64,000 bases of DNA from Dehalococcoidia bacterium (GCA_965214635.1 OZ243964.1:1939696-2003695); one strand, 5' to 3'. Numbered from the stretch's first letter, positions 1-9,482 are shown. A program made the numbers and translations. The notes: generated by a model from the sequence alone, not told the origin.

Positions 1-361
1 GCTCGGGCGTTTGGGATGATGCTGAAAAAGCCTTGCCACCTGTTCGTAACCGCCGCGCAAGCCCGCAGCTGCTGCATCTTGCCGCCTGCGGATAGCGGAG
101 CTGCGCGATCTTGATGCTGGGGATTAGACGGCACATCTGCAAGGCGAGCTGCGCTACAATGAACCCATACCGCTGCACGCTGGCGATGCTTGCGGAGAGC
201 GTCTTACATCTGTTGCAATTGAACTTGCGTATGGCAGAGGGCAGGGCTACACGCACGCCCCTATGTGCTGTCCGAGTTAGTGCGAACTAGCTGAGAGCAG
301 CGGTGCGGGGACACACATCCGCACACCAAAACCACTGATTGACCAAAAGACGAGGTGCATT

Positions 362-1081
362 ATGACAGTAGTAGCATTGGGAGGCCTACCGGGCGGTGGC
401 GCCCGAAGGATGGGGCCGATACTAGCGGAACGAATGGGTGCGGACTATGTTGACCGGCTCATTCTGACCAATGTGGCGCGCCATGTGGGTGCGACGGTGG
501 AAGCGCTGCACCAACGCGAAGAGCGCCCGCCTACGCGCGGCGAGCGGTTCACCCGCTTCTTGCAGCGCGTCTTGGAGCGCTCTGCCGTAACCGGCGCCGG
601 CGGCGACCCATACTTCGGACCGGGCGTCGCAGCATTTCTCACCGAAGAGTACGAAGACCTACCCGAACCCACGGTTACGCGCGGACACGAACTCGAGGAC
701 GAAAAGTACATCGACGGCATGCGCCGCGCCATCAGCGACCTAGCGACCGACGAGAACATCGTCATGGTCGGTCGCGGCAGCTATATCATCCTGCACGATG
801 TGCCGAATGTGCTGCGCGTCGGCATAGAAGCGCACACCGACGACCGCATCGCCACGATCATGCGACGCGAACGCCTCACACTCGAGCAAGCCACCCAGAC
901 ACTCGCCGGTCGTGACCTAGCGCGCGAGTACTTCTTCAACCGCTTCTTCGACATCGAAGACCCGGACGACCCCGAACACTTCCATTTCGTCATCAACACG
1001 AGCGAAGTGCGGCAAGACTACGCCATCGACATGATAATGAACGCCGTTACCGCTGTGCAGCAGGGAAAAATTTTCACCTAG
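362..1081 (+). CDS. cytidylate kinase-like family protein (P-loop NMP-kinase-like)
   Basis: 239-aa ORF with GAGGTG about 6 nt before ATG 362. The Gly-rich N-terminal loop GGLPGGGARRMG and overall layout recall the cytidylate kinase-like family. Assigned from memory, not searched. Confidence 0.5.
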   Translation: MTVVALGGLPGGGARRMGPILAERMGADYVDRLILTNVARHVGATVEALHQREERPPTRGERFTRFLQRVLERSAVTGAGGDPYFGPGVAAFLTEEYEDLPEPTVTRGHELEDEKYIDGMRRAISDLATDENIVMVGRGSYIILHDVPNVLRVGIEAHTDDRIATIMRRERLTLEQATQTLAGRDLAREYFFNRFFDIEDPDDPEHFHFVINTSEVRQDYAIDMIMNAVTAVQQGKIFT

Positions 1082-1233
1082 CATCCGTGCGTCTGGTAGC
1101 GCGCATTCCATCGATACGAACTTGAAAGCAAGACACACAAGGCATGTGAGAGAGTGCCCGGCGGCTGAATTGCGGCTGTGCGGGTGAACGAAAATCTCCA
1201 ATCTCCGTAAACCGGAAGGGAAACGAGGGCGAA

Positions 1234-1995
1234 ATGTTCGATCTGAGCGGCAAGGCAGCGGTGGTTACGGGCGGCAACGGCGGCATTGGGCTTGGCATCG
1301 CGCTGGGCTTGGCTGGCGCTGGCGCCGATGTGCTGGTGGCGGCACGCAACCGCGCCAAAACAGACGCCGCCGTCGAGCAGCTCCGCGCCCTGGGTGTTCG
1401 TGCCATCGGCACTGCCACCAATGTGCAGCATGAGGCAGAGGTCGCCGCTATGGTGCAGACGGCGCTGGACGAGTTCGGCAAGCTAGACATCCTCGTGAAC
1501 AACGCCGGCATCGGCATACGCAAAGCGCCGCAGGACTACACCGTGGAGGACTGGAACCTCATCATGGACATCAACCTGACCGGCACATTCCTGCCCTGTC
1601 GGGAGGCGTATCCGCACATGGCGGCAGCGGGCGGCGGCAAGATAATCAACATCGGCTCTATGACCTCCATCTTCGGGCACGACCTCGTGATGCCATACTC
1701 TGCGAGCAAGGGCGGCGTTGTGCAGCTGACCAAGAGCATCGCCACGGCGTGGGCGAAAGACAACATACAGGCGAACGCCATCCTGCCCGGCTGGATAGAG
1801 ACCGATATGACCGAGCCGCTCCGCACTGAGCCGAACTTCCGCGAGCGATACGAACTCATATCGGCGCGCATCCCGCACGGGCGATGGGGGACGCCCGCCG
1901 ATATGGCAGGCACCGCTGTGTTCCTCGCCTCCGCCGCATCCGACTATGTAACCGGCGTGTCCATCCCGGTCGACGGCGGCTATGTGGCGTTCTAG
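1234..1995 (+). CDS. SDR-family oxidoreductase
   Basis: 253 aa. Rossmann motif TGGNGGIGLGIA, LVNNAGI, catalytic YSASKGG. GAGGG RBS upstream. Confidence 0.9.
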   Translation: MFDLSGKAAVVTGGNGGIGLGIALGLAGAGADVLVAARNRAKTDAAVEQLRALGVRAIGTATNVQHEAEVAAMVQTALDEFGKLDILVNNAGIGIRKAPQDYTVEDWNLIMDINLTGTFLPCREAYPHMAAAGGGKIINIGSMTSIFGHDLVMPYSASKGGVVQLTKSIATAWAKDNIQANAILPGWIETDMTEPLRTEPNFRERYELISARIPHGRWGTPADMAGTAVFLASAASDYVTGVSIPVDGGYVAF

Positions 1996-2096
1996 CTAGC
2001 CCAGCAAACCGACGCCCCTTGTCGCCGCATCCGATGGCAGTCGGAGCGGCGACAAGAATACCGATGCGCGACGGGAAACAAGCACCCGCCGACACC

Positions 2097-3644
2097 CTAA
2101 ACGCCCGATTTCACGAAATCGGCGATGCGCTCGCCTATCATCATCGTGGTAACATTGATGTTGGCGCGCACGCAGTCGGGCATGATGGAGGCGTCCACGA
2201 CGCGCAAGCCCTCTGTGCCGTGGACCCGCCCATACTGGTCCACCACCGCATACGGGTCGTCCGCAAGCCCCATCTTGTTCGTGCAGGATATGTGATGTCC
2301 CGTGGTAACCTCGCGCTTCATCCACTCGTCAAGCGCATCGTCTGATTTCAGCGCATCGTCGGGCGGCTCTATGCGGGTGTCGATGATGCCTGACCACGCC
2401 TCGTGCTCACCCAGTTCAGTGCATATCCGCACCGCCTCGCGCATCCGCTCGAGGTCAAACGGCTCTTGGAAGTAGTTGTAATCCAGCAGCGGCTGCACAG
2501 TGGGGTCGCTGGACTGCAGCTTCAGTTCGCCGGCGCCCAGCGCAAGGTCTAGCCCGATTATCATCCGTATCCCGATTGGCGTCATCCTGTCGCCGCCGCG
2601 GTCTATGCGGTCGGTGGCGTAGATGTTCATATACACGATCATGTCGTTTTCCATATCCGAGCCGCCGGCGGTGTAGCGCAGCCCGAACTGGATGCGAGGC
2701 CCGAAGGTCTCCAAGTCGTACTCAGGCTTCGTCTTCCATGTAACATAGACCAGCGGATGGTCGCGCAGGTTCTGCCCCACGCCGGGCGCATCCTTGACCA
2801 GCGGTATGCCGAACTCGCGCAGGTGCTCCGCGGGGCCAATCCCCGACAGCATCAGGATCTGCGGCGAACCCACGGCGCCGGCGCTGAGGATTATCTCCCC
2901 GCCATCAACCACAAACCGCTCCCCGCCGCTCTCCACATCCACCCCCGTCGCTCGGTTGCCGTCGAACACGATGCGGTGCACCGTGCAGTCCGGGCGTATC
3001 GTGAGATTCAGCCGATGCCGAGACAGGCTGAGGTATCCGAGGTTCGTGCTCCAGCGTATCCCGTCCGGGTTGTTCAGGGGCAACGGCCCAACGCCGGTCG
3101 TGTCCGGGGCGTTGTGGTCGGGACAGTCCGCAAAGCCGTAGGCTAGGCAGGACTGATAGAACGCCTTGGATGCGCCGCGCCACGCCTCCTCCGGAAAGCG
3201 GTGGCATATGATGGGCCCATCTGTGCCGTGGAAGTCATCGCTGTATGTGGTGTCGGTTTCCAGCTTGCGGAAGTACGGCAGCGACTTCTCGAATGTCCAC
3301 TCTTCGTTGCCCCAAGCCGCCCAGCGGTCGTAGTCATCCGGGACACCGCGCAGGAATATCTGCCCGTTGATGGCGCTAGAGCCGCCAGTAACCTTGCCCC
3401 GCGGCACCATCATCGGGTCTGCCGCATCCGTGGCGCGTGCCGTGAACTGCCAGTTGTGGTCGCTAGTCATTATGTCCGTGGCGGACGCATAGCCGTACTT
3501 GACCTCTTCGGGCAGGTCGTCGATGCCCGCATAGTCCGGCCCCGCCTCCAGCAGCAGCACCGATGTGTTCGGGTCTTCCGTCAGACGGGTCGCCAAGATA
3601 GAACCCGCCGACCCTGCGCCGATGATGATGTAATCGTACTTCAT
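2097..3644 (-). CDS. GMC-family FAD oxidoreductase (choline dehydrogenase-like), paralog 1
   Basis: FAD fold DYIIIGAGSAGS..LLLEAGPD, RGKVTGGSSAINGQ, C-terminal VVDASIMPDCVRAN. The ORF-track TTG at 3653 sits 1 nt after AAGGAGG, whereas ATG 3644 (MKYDY) is 10 nt after it, so I use 3644. Confidence 0.9.
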   Translation of the reverse strand: MKYDYIIIGAGSAGSILATRLTEDPNTSVLLLEAGPDYAGIDDLPEEVKYGYASATDIMTSDHNWQFTARATDAADPMMVPRGKVTGGSSAINGQIFLRGVPDDYDRWAAWGNEEWTFEKSLPYFRKLETDTTYSDDFHGTDGPIICHRFPEEAWRGASKAFYQSCLAYGFADCPDHNAPDTTGVGPLPLNNPDGIRWSTNLGYLSLSRHRLNLTIRPDCTVHRIVFDGNRATGVDVESGGERFVVDGGEIILSAGAVGSPQILMLSGIGPAEHLREFGIPLVKDAPGVGQNLRDHPLVYVTWKTKPEYDLETFGPRIQFGLRYTAGGSDMENDMIVYMNIYATDRIDRGGDRMTPIGIRMIIGLDLALGAGELKLQSSDPTVQPLLDYNYFQEPFDLERMREAVRICTELGEHEAWSGIIDTRIEPPDDALKSDDALDEWMKREVTTGHHISCTNKMGLADDPYAVVDQYGRVHGTEGLRVVDASIMPDCVRANINVTTMMIGERIADFVKSGV

Positions 3645-3798
3645 TCGTGCCAAACCTCCTTGCTATGACTACTATGACTTGCGGCAGCTTTGCGGCGCTT
3701 CACCGCATCCTAATCCCGCCCGTGCTCTGTTTGAGAAAGTCGCAAAACCCCCGTCATCCTAACCGCCGCCGCAATTATTACCGCAACCGCCCACAGCG

Positions 3799-4431
3799 TC
3801 AAGACGGGCAGCCCGATTCCCCGCCATAGAGGCGATGGCGGCGGATGTACGCCTCCACGGGCGGAGACACTCGATAGCGGACAGATTCGCCTGCGCCCAC
3901 GCGCCGTCGGATGTCGGTGGCGCTGATGTCCACCTGCGCCCCGTGTAGCAGCAGCGTGCGCTCTGCCGAACCCGGTATGGCGGCTTCCAGCGCCGACATA
4001 TCCAGCGACGCGCCCGGGCGCGCCATCCCCACCACGCGCGCCATAGCATACACCCGCTCCGGCTCGCTCCAGCGGTCTATGTCCCGCAGCGAGTCCGCGC
4101 CTAGCACCACATAAAGCTCTGCATCGGGATATTCAGCAGCAAGCTCCGCGAGCGTGTCTGCTGTGTAGCTCGGGCCACAGCGCCTGACCTCGATGTCTGA
4201 GACGGCGAAGTGTGGGTTGCCAGCTGTTGCCAACCGCACCATTGCTAGCCTGTGCTCAGCGGGCGTGACGGGCATGTCCGCCTTGAACCACGGCTCGCCG
4301 GCGGGTATGAACAGCACCTTGTCTAGCCGCAGCGCAGTGCGCGCATCCTCGGCGATGATGAGATGCCCCAAATGCACCGGGTCGAATGTGCCGCCGAACA
4401 CGCCGATACGCAAGGCTACTGCCACTCCCAT
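3799..4431 (-). CDS. nadD: nicotinate-nucleotide adenylyltransferase
   Basis: GVFGGTFDPVHLGHL nucleotidyltransferase motif. 210 aa. Overlaps the obg stop by 16 nt, the classic obg-nadD arrangement. Confidence 0.9.
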   Translation of the reverse strand: MGVAVALRIGVFGGTFDPVHLGHLIIAEDARTALRLDKVLFIPAGEPWFKADMPVTPAEHRLAMVRLATAGNPHFAVSDIEVRRCGPSYTADTLAELAAEYPDAELYVVLGADSLRDIDRWSEPERVYAMARVVGMARPGASLDMSALEAAIPGSAERTLLLHGAQVDISATDIRRRVGAGESVRYRVSPPVEAYIRRHRLYGGESGCPS

Positions 4432-5714
4432 TCCACATCCCCGAAGCGGACGGTATCGCCGGGGCCGGCGCCAGCGTCCTGCAGCGCCCGCACCACGCCT
4501 GCGCGCTGCAAGTAGCCCAAGAACTGCATCTGTGCGTTCCAGTCGGTGTCGTCCAGCAGGGCGGCGATGCGCACGGCGCGCTGTGCCTCGACCACATACA
4601 CTTCACCCCGCTTGCGCACGACCGGCGCTTCCCTGCGAGGCTTGAGCCGCAGCACGGGCAGCGCATCATCGGGGGCGGATGGCGCACCCACATCGACGGG
4701 CGGGGGTGTCGTGCGCTCTGTTTCGCGCGCATCTTCAATCAGCGCAAGGGCGGCGTCCAACAGCGCATCCACGCCTTCGACCGTCGCAGCCGACACGAAC
4801 AGCGCATCCACACCCTCTTCGTCGAACTGCTTGCGGAACTGCGGGAGGCGCTCACGCACTTCGGTGATGTCCACTTTGTTTATAGCCACCACTTGAGGCT
4901 TGGACGCCAGCGCCTCGTTGAATAACCTCAGCTCGGCGTTAATCTTGCGATAGTCTTGCAGCGGGTGTTCGGCTGAGCCGTCTATGAGGTGCACCAGCGC
5001 GCGTGTGCGCTCGATGTGGCGCAGGAAGTCGTGCCCAAGCCCAACGCCGGCGTGTGCGCCCTCTATCAGCCCGGGGATGTCCACCATGACGAATGTTTGG
5101 CGGCGGTGCTCCACCATGCCGAGCGCCGGTTCAAGCGTGGTGAACGGGTAGTTGGCGACCTTGGGCTTGGCGGCGCTGACAACCGAGAGCAGGCTGGACT
5201 TGCCGGCGTTGGGCAGCCCGACGATGCCCACATCTGCGAGCAACTTCAACTCCAAGCGCAGCCGCAGCGCCTCGCCGCGCTCGCCCTGTTCCGCAAGCAG
5301 CGGGAAGCGGTTCGTGGGCGAGGCGAAGTGGGCGTTGCCAAGCCCGCCCCTGCCGCCGCGCGCAAGCTCCACGCGCTGCCCCTCAGCAGTAAGGTCTGCA
5401 AGCAAACGCGGCGGATTGGCGTCAGCGTCCCACACGAGCGTTCCAACTGGCACGCTGATGAACACATCCTCGCCCTTTGCGCCGTGCTTATGCGCCTTTG
5501 CGCCGCCACCGCCGTTGCCCGCAACGAACCGCCGCTTGTATCGGAACGATAGCAGCGTGTTCATATTCCCATCGCACAGTGCGAACACACTACCGCCATG
5601 ACCGCCGTCCCCACCATCCGGCCCGCCACGCGGCACATACTTCTCCCGCCGCCCGCTGACAACGCCGTTCCCGCCGTTCCCACTTTTAATGTGGATAATT
5701 ACATTGTCTATCAT
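4416..5714 (-). CDS. obg: GTPase Obg/CgtA
   Basis: Obg fold IHIKSGNGGNGVVSGRREKYVPRGGPDGGDGGHGGSV. G-domain GLPNAGKSSLL, DIPGLIEGA, NKVD. The ORF opens at 5729, but MIDNV at 5714 follows GGAG and matches typical Obg N-termini. Confidence 0.92.
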   Translation of the reverse strand: MIDNVIIHIKSGNGGNGVVSGRREKYVPRGGPDGGDGGHGGSVFALCDGNMNTLLSFRYKRRFVAGNGGGGAKAHKHGAKGEDVFISVPVGTLVWDADANPPRLLADLTAEGQRVELARGGRGGLGNAHFASPTNRFPLLAEQGERGEALRLRLELKLLADVGIVGLPNAGKSSLLSVVSAAKPKVANYPFTTLEPALGMVEHRRQTFVMVDIPGLIEGAHAGVGLGHDFLRHIERTRALVHLIDGSAEHPLQDYRKINAELRLFNEALASKPQVVAINKVDITEVRERLPQFRKQFDEEGVDALFVSAATVEGVDALLDAALALIEDARETERTTPPPVDVGAPSAPDDALPVLRLKPRREAPVVRKRGEVYVVEAQRAVRIAALLDDTDWNAQMQFLGYLQRAGVVRALQDAGAGPGDTVRFGDVEWEWQ

Positions 5715-6069
5715 AATCCACAACTCCATATAGCGAGTTTAGCTTTAGATAACAGTATCAGTAATAAGGGCGTGGATAGCGTGGATAACCCCAACCTGCG
5801 GTCTTGGATGGCGCGCGCAGCCTGTTTGTGAGAAGTGTGCCAGCCGCCACATCGTACTGCGGCGCAGGGCGTTCCGGGTGTAGTAGCTAGCCAGTCGCAG
5901 GCTCCGTTTTGCCCGCATATTCTAGCACACGCATAGGCTGTGGATACGCTGTTCGCATCTGTGGACGGGCGTGGTTCTGCATGTGGATCGAACTTTTCTT
6001 GAACAAGTCAAAACCCGAGTTATGCACATGCGGCACTGATTATCCACAGAAAAAGCCCACTTATCCACA
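5714..6069. other. DnaA-box cluster (candidate oriC or DnaA-titrating locus)
   Basis: Perfect TTATCCACA at 6040-6048 and 6061-6069. 8/9 boxes at 5714-5722, 5780-5788 (reverse), 5939-5947 (reverse) and 6020-6028. 7/9 boxes at 5771-5779 and 5982-5990 (both reverse). Lies in the longest non-coding, AT-richer gap of the window, between divergent genes. Confidence 0.5.
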
Positions 6070-6384
6070 TCTTTGGGGCTGCTATGTTCATTTTTTGTTC
6101 AGCCATAAGCCTAAAATGTCTTTATCACAGATGCCAGACAATGGGCAAAAACTTTGTTCGCTAATCGCACGGGCGTTCAGAGATGTGGGTGTTTCCTGTC
6201 AGCCTCTTGTCTTGTAGAATAAGCGCTGCACATTGACGCTGCAATCGTCCGATTTCTGATATTATTGCCTATCATCTAACATAGCCTGTTTAAATGGTCG
6301 GTGGGGGCATCCGGCTGTTCTCGCATATCCGAAATGGTCGGATGCTGGTATATAACGATAACCCTGCCCGGGAGGAACTTCCAT

Positions 6385-7767
6385 ATGGCGATGCACTTAC
6401 CCGCAAGCAGAGCCGACACCGTCAGCGAATATCGCACGGACGCTGGCGAGCTTCGCCCTGTATATGCCGATGTGATGACGGCGCTGGATGCGATGGGGAT
6501 CGACGAGATGACGCACCGCTGGCAGCAAGCCAAACGCCAAGTGGCGCTCGACGCCTTCTGCTTCCCGCTCGACCCCAAGTTCTACCGCCCCGTGCCGACC
6601 GACTGGATACCGCGCATCGTTACCAACGACGAGTGGCAGGTCGTCAAGGCGGGCGTGGAGCAGCGGCTCAAAGCCCTCAACTTGTTCCTGCTGAACCTAT
6701 ACGCCGGAAGCCAAGATGTCGTCCCGGATGATGTGGTCTATTCCTGCCAGTTCTTCTATCCGGAGTACCAAGACTTTCGCCCTGCCAAAGACCTGTTCGT
6801 GCACATATACGGCATAGACCTCGTGCAGGTGGCGGACGGGCGCTATGTGGTGCTCGAGGACAACCTGCGTATCCCCAGCGGCATCGCATACCAGATGAAG
6901 GCGGTGGAAATCGGCAGCAGCGTCATGCCCGAACTCGCCGCCGAATATGACATACTGCCATACGACATCCGCGAGACCTACTTGGACATATTCACATCGC
7001 TTTGCGACAAGGAGTCGCCCACCTGCGTGCTGCTCACCGATAGCAAGTATGGCTCAGCGTTCTTCGAGCACCGCTACCTCGCCGAGCTGCTGAACATCCC
7101 GCTCGTGGAAGGCTCGGACTTGTACATTGGCATCGGGGGCGATGTGTATATGAAGACGCTGGACGGCGATGTGAAGGTCGATCTCATCTACCGCCGCGTG
7201 GAAGACCTCGAAATCTTCGTGCCGGGGCTGACGGAGGCGTATCTGAACCACAAGGTCGTGCTGGTGAACGGGATGGGGACGAGCGTCGCAGACGATAAGC
7301 TCGTGTTCCTGTGGGTGCCGGAGATGATACGGAGCTATCTCGGCGAAGAGCCTATCTTGGATCAGGCGATGAGCTACGACCTCGCAGACACCGATAGTCG
7401 GAGATATGTGCTGGAGAACCTAGACCATATGGTGCTGAAGACCCGTCAGGGCTACGGCGGGCTTGGCGTGTACATAATGACCGACCTCGGCGGCAACTAT
7501 CACTCCCAGCTCACGCGGCAGATTATCGAGGATCCGCGCGGACTCATAGCGCAAGAGACGCTGAACTTCTCCAAGCATCTGGTCTATGATGAGGCGGCGG
7601 GCGAGTTCGATGAGCGCTACATAGACCTGCGCGTGTACGCCGTGCAAAACGGACGAGGCGAAGCCACCGCCTTCCCCGGCGGGCTGACGCGTGTCTCGCG
7701 CCCCGACAACCGCGTTACGAATAACTCCTCAGGTGGACTATGCAAGCCGACTTGGGTGGTCAGATAA
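6385..7767 (+). CDS. circularly permuted type-2 ATP-grasp protein
   Basis: 460 aa from ATG 6385, with GGAGG at 6372-6376. The ORF opens at 6301. The sequence layout (..YRTDAGELRPVY..GIDLVQVADGRYVVLEDNLRIPSG..YIDLRVYAV..) matches the COG2308-type ATP-grasp family that pairs with alpha-E and transglutaminase genes. Confidence 0.8.
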   Translation: MAMHLPASRADTVSEYRTDAGELRPVYADVMTALDAMGIDEMTHRWQQAKRQVALDAFCFPLDPKFYRPVPTDWIPRIVTNDEWQVVKAGVEQRLKALNLFLLNLYAGSQDVVPDDVVYSCQFFYPEYQDFRPAKDLFVHIYGIDLVQVADGRYVVLEDNLRIPSGIAYQMKAVEIGSSVMPELAAEYDILPYDIRETYLDIFTSLCDKESPTCVLLTDSKYGSAFFEHRYLAELLNIPLVEGSDLYIGIGGDVYMKTLDGDVKVDLIYRRVEDLEIFVPGLTEAYLNHKVVLVNGMGTSVADDKLVFLWVPEMIRSYLGEEPILDQAMSYDLADTDSRRYVLENLDHMVLKTRQGYGGLGVYIMTDLGGNYHSQLTRQIIEDPRGLIAQETLNFSKHLVYDEAAGEFDERYIDLRVYAVQNGRGEATAFPGGLTRVSRPDNRVTNNSSGGLCKPTWVVR

Positions 7768-8651
7768 GCGACACGGAGATGGTTGCCGGCTACACTTATG
7801 CGGCGCGCTATCTGTACTCCGACGCGGTGGTGCTGAACGACAACTTCCTCCGCATATCCGCCTGCGAGGATGCCTATCAGACGCCGATGTCGTCCAGTGT
7901 AATGACCACGCCTCCCGCTAGACCCATCAGGTACAAGGATAGGCTGGGCAACCCCACTCATCGTGTCCGCCTCACATCACCGCACAAAGAGCTGGTGATA
8001 CTCTCCGTCGGCAGCGTGCGGATGCAGCCCGTGCCGACGATGCTGGACGATGTGCCGCTGGATTCGCTGATATACGAGGCTTGGGCGGACGAGTTTCTGT
8101 CACCGTCGCCCATCGTGGCGCCCGAGCGGCTCGCCGACGCCGCACAGCGGATTGCGGGCGACGCATCTAGCCTGTTGGGCGTGGTAGAGGGCGTAATCCG
8201 CTGGATACACACCAACATCACCTACATATCCGGCAGCACCACCGTCGCCACCACTGCAGAGCAGGTGCTGGACTCGCGGCAGGGCGTATGCCAAGACATG
8301 ACGCATCTCGCGATGGGCATGCTGCGCGCGCTTGGCGTGCCGGCGCGCTATGTGAGCGGGCTGCTCGGCACGCAGGTCGGTGAAACGCATGCGTGGCTGG
8401 AGTTTCTGCATCCGCAGGTCGGCTGGCTGCCATCAGACCCCACGCGCGGGCAGACCATCGCCGCCGGTATGGATTTCGTCAAGTTCGCCATAGGACGCGA
8501 CTACACGCAGGCAGCGCCCATAGAAGGCTCGTTCGTATCCACCGGCTCAGGCTGGTTGGACATCGCCGTTGCGCAAATCATCCCAACCGCCGACTCTCTT
8601 TCCTTCGACGACGCCCTCAACCTGCTAGACGGCAATGCAGATCGCTGCTGA
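7740..8651 (+). CDS. transglutaminase-family protein (N-terminal bacterial transglutaminase domain plus Cys-His-Asp core)
   Basis: Core motif RQGVCQDMTHLAMGMLRALGVPARYVSG..THAWLEF..SDPT (catalytic Cys, His, Asp). Start uncertain: 7740 overlaps the ATP-grasp end, and 7779 is an alternative. Confidence 0.85.
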   Translation: MQADLGGQISDTEMVAGYTYAARYLYSDAVVLNDNFLRISACEDAYQTPMSSSVMTTPPARPIRYKDRLGNPTHRVRLTSPHKELVILSVGSVRMQPVPTMLDDVPLDSLIYEAWADEFLSPSPIVAPERLADAAQRIAGDASSLLGVVEGVIRWIHTNITYISGSTTVATTAEQVLDSRQGVCQDMTHLAMGMLRALGVPARYVSGLLGTQVGETHAWLEFLHPQVGWLPSDPTRGQTIAAGMDFVKFAIGRDYTQAAPIEGSFVSTGSGWLDIAVAQIIPTADSLSFDDALNLLDGNADRC

Positions 8652-8730
8652 CGCTGCGCCTGCGACATGCACACCCCGTAGTATCGGTTAGATTTCAGAT
8701 AGATTTTTTAAGCAACAAGAGGAGCAAGAA

Positions 8731-9273
8731 ATGATAGAACCACGCTCATTGGGTGTCGCAAGAGACAACTGGCTGACCGATTCGCGGGCGTATAATCTGA
8801 TATGGCTTGGGCGGTGGATGGACAGGGCGGAGGCGATAGCGCGTGCGATGGACACTGCTGCGCGCCAAGCGCAGCGCGACGGCGGCAGCAACGATGCGCT
8901 CGTAGACCACCTATGCTACACAGCAGACTCTCTGGGTGTGCGTGCCCAAAACCGCGACGATGTGGCGGTCGAGCTGCTGCTACGCAACCCTGCATCGTCT
9001 GTGTTGCAAAGCCTGCTGAAAGCCCGCGTAACCGCAACACAGATCGCCCCCGTCGAGATGATGCGCGCCCTGTCCGATGTGATTCTGGACATAGAGGCGA
9101 TCTCCCCCGATGCGCTCCGGACGCCGCAGCAGATAATAGACGCTGCAACGGTGGTCATCACGAAGGTGGCGGATGTGGGTCAAGTGGTGGAAGACCAGTG
9201 GTTTGGGCGAGAGTCGCTCAGCGACGAAGAGGTGTATCGCCGTTTCGCCCAGCAACAGCAGCAGCAGCAATAA
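8731..9273 (+). CDS. alpha-E domain protein, half-size, with C-terminal heptaglutamine
   Basis: GAGGAG RBS. AYNLIWLGRWMDRAEAIARAMD resembles the alpha-E signature (LYWMGRYLERAE..AR). NPASSVLQSLLKARVTATQIAPVEMM resembles the second conserved alpha-E block. Only 180 aa versus about 300 typical. Ends ..RRFAQQQQQQQ-stop. Confidence 0.6.
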   Translation: MIEPRSLGVARDNWLTDSRAYNLIWLGRWMDRAEAIARAMDTAARQAQRDGGSNDALVDHLCYTADSLGVRAQNRDDVAVELLLRNPASSVLQSLLKARVTATQIAPVEMMRALSDVILDIEAISPDALRTPQQIIDAATVVITKVADVGQVVEDQWFGRESLSDEEVYRRFAQQQQQQQ

Positions 9274-9482
9274 CGCCAAGTCTGACCACCTCGGCAAACC
9301 GCCCTCACCCCCCGCCTGTGGCAGAGAAACATTCGTTACTACGGCTGGGCAGTCTGTCTCGGGTTGCTGTGCGTGGCTTGGGTTGGATGCTGCCGTCATC
9401 CTAGTCTTCTTCGGGGAAGGAAAATTAGGGATTCGCAGCTCGCTTGGGTGCGCGGGTGCTTGCGCATTGCGACATTGGCTGC

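Noticed and set aside
1-361. Possible partial gene or ncRNA at the left edge.
   Set aside because: No frame gives a convincing protein. An outward-reading MQQLRACAAV.. frame on the minus strand has no recognisable features. Only a short GTGCGG/CCGCAC hairpin is visible.
5909-6217. 102-aa ORF inside the obg/ATP-grasp intergenic region.
   Set aside because: It has no RBS, an odd Cys/Trp/His-rich composition, and lies across the DnaA boxes and AT-rich tracts. It is more likely non-coding origin or regulatory DNA.
9250-9270. The poly-Q codon run considered as a microsatellite or assembly artefact, or as read-through junk.
   Set aside because: The codons mix CAG and CAA, and the run is in frame with a well-behaved ORF that ends in TAA. 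Strain variability cannot be excluded without reads, so it is kept as a finding.
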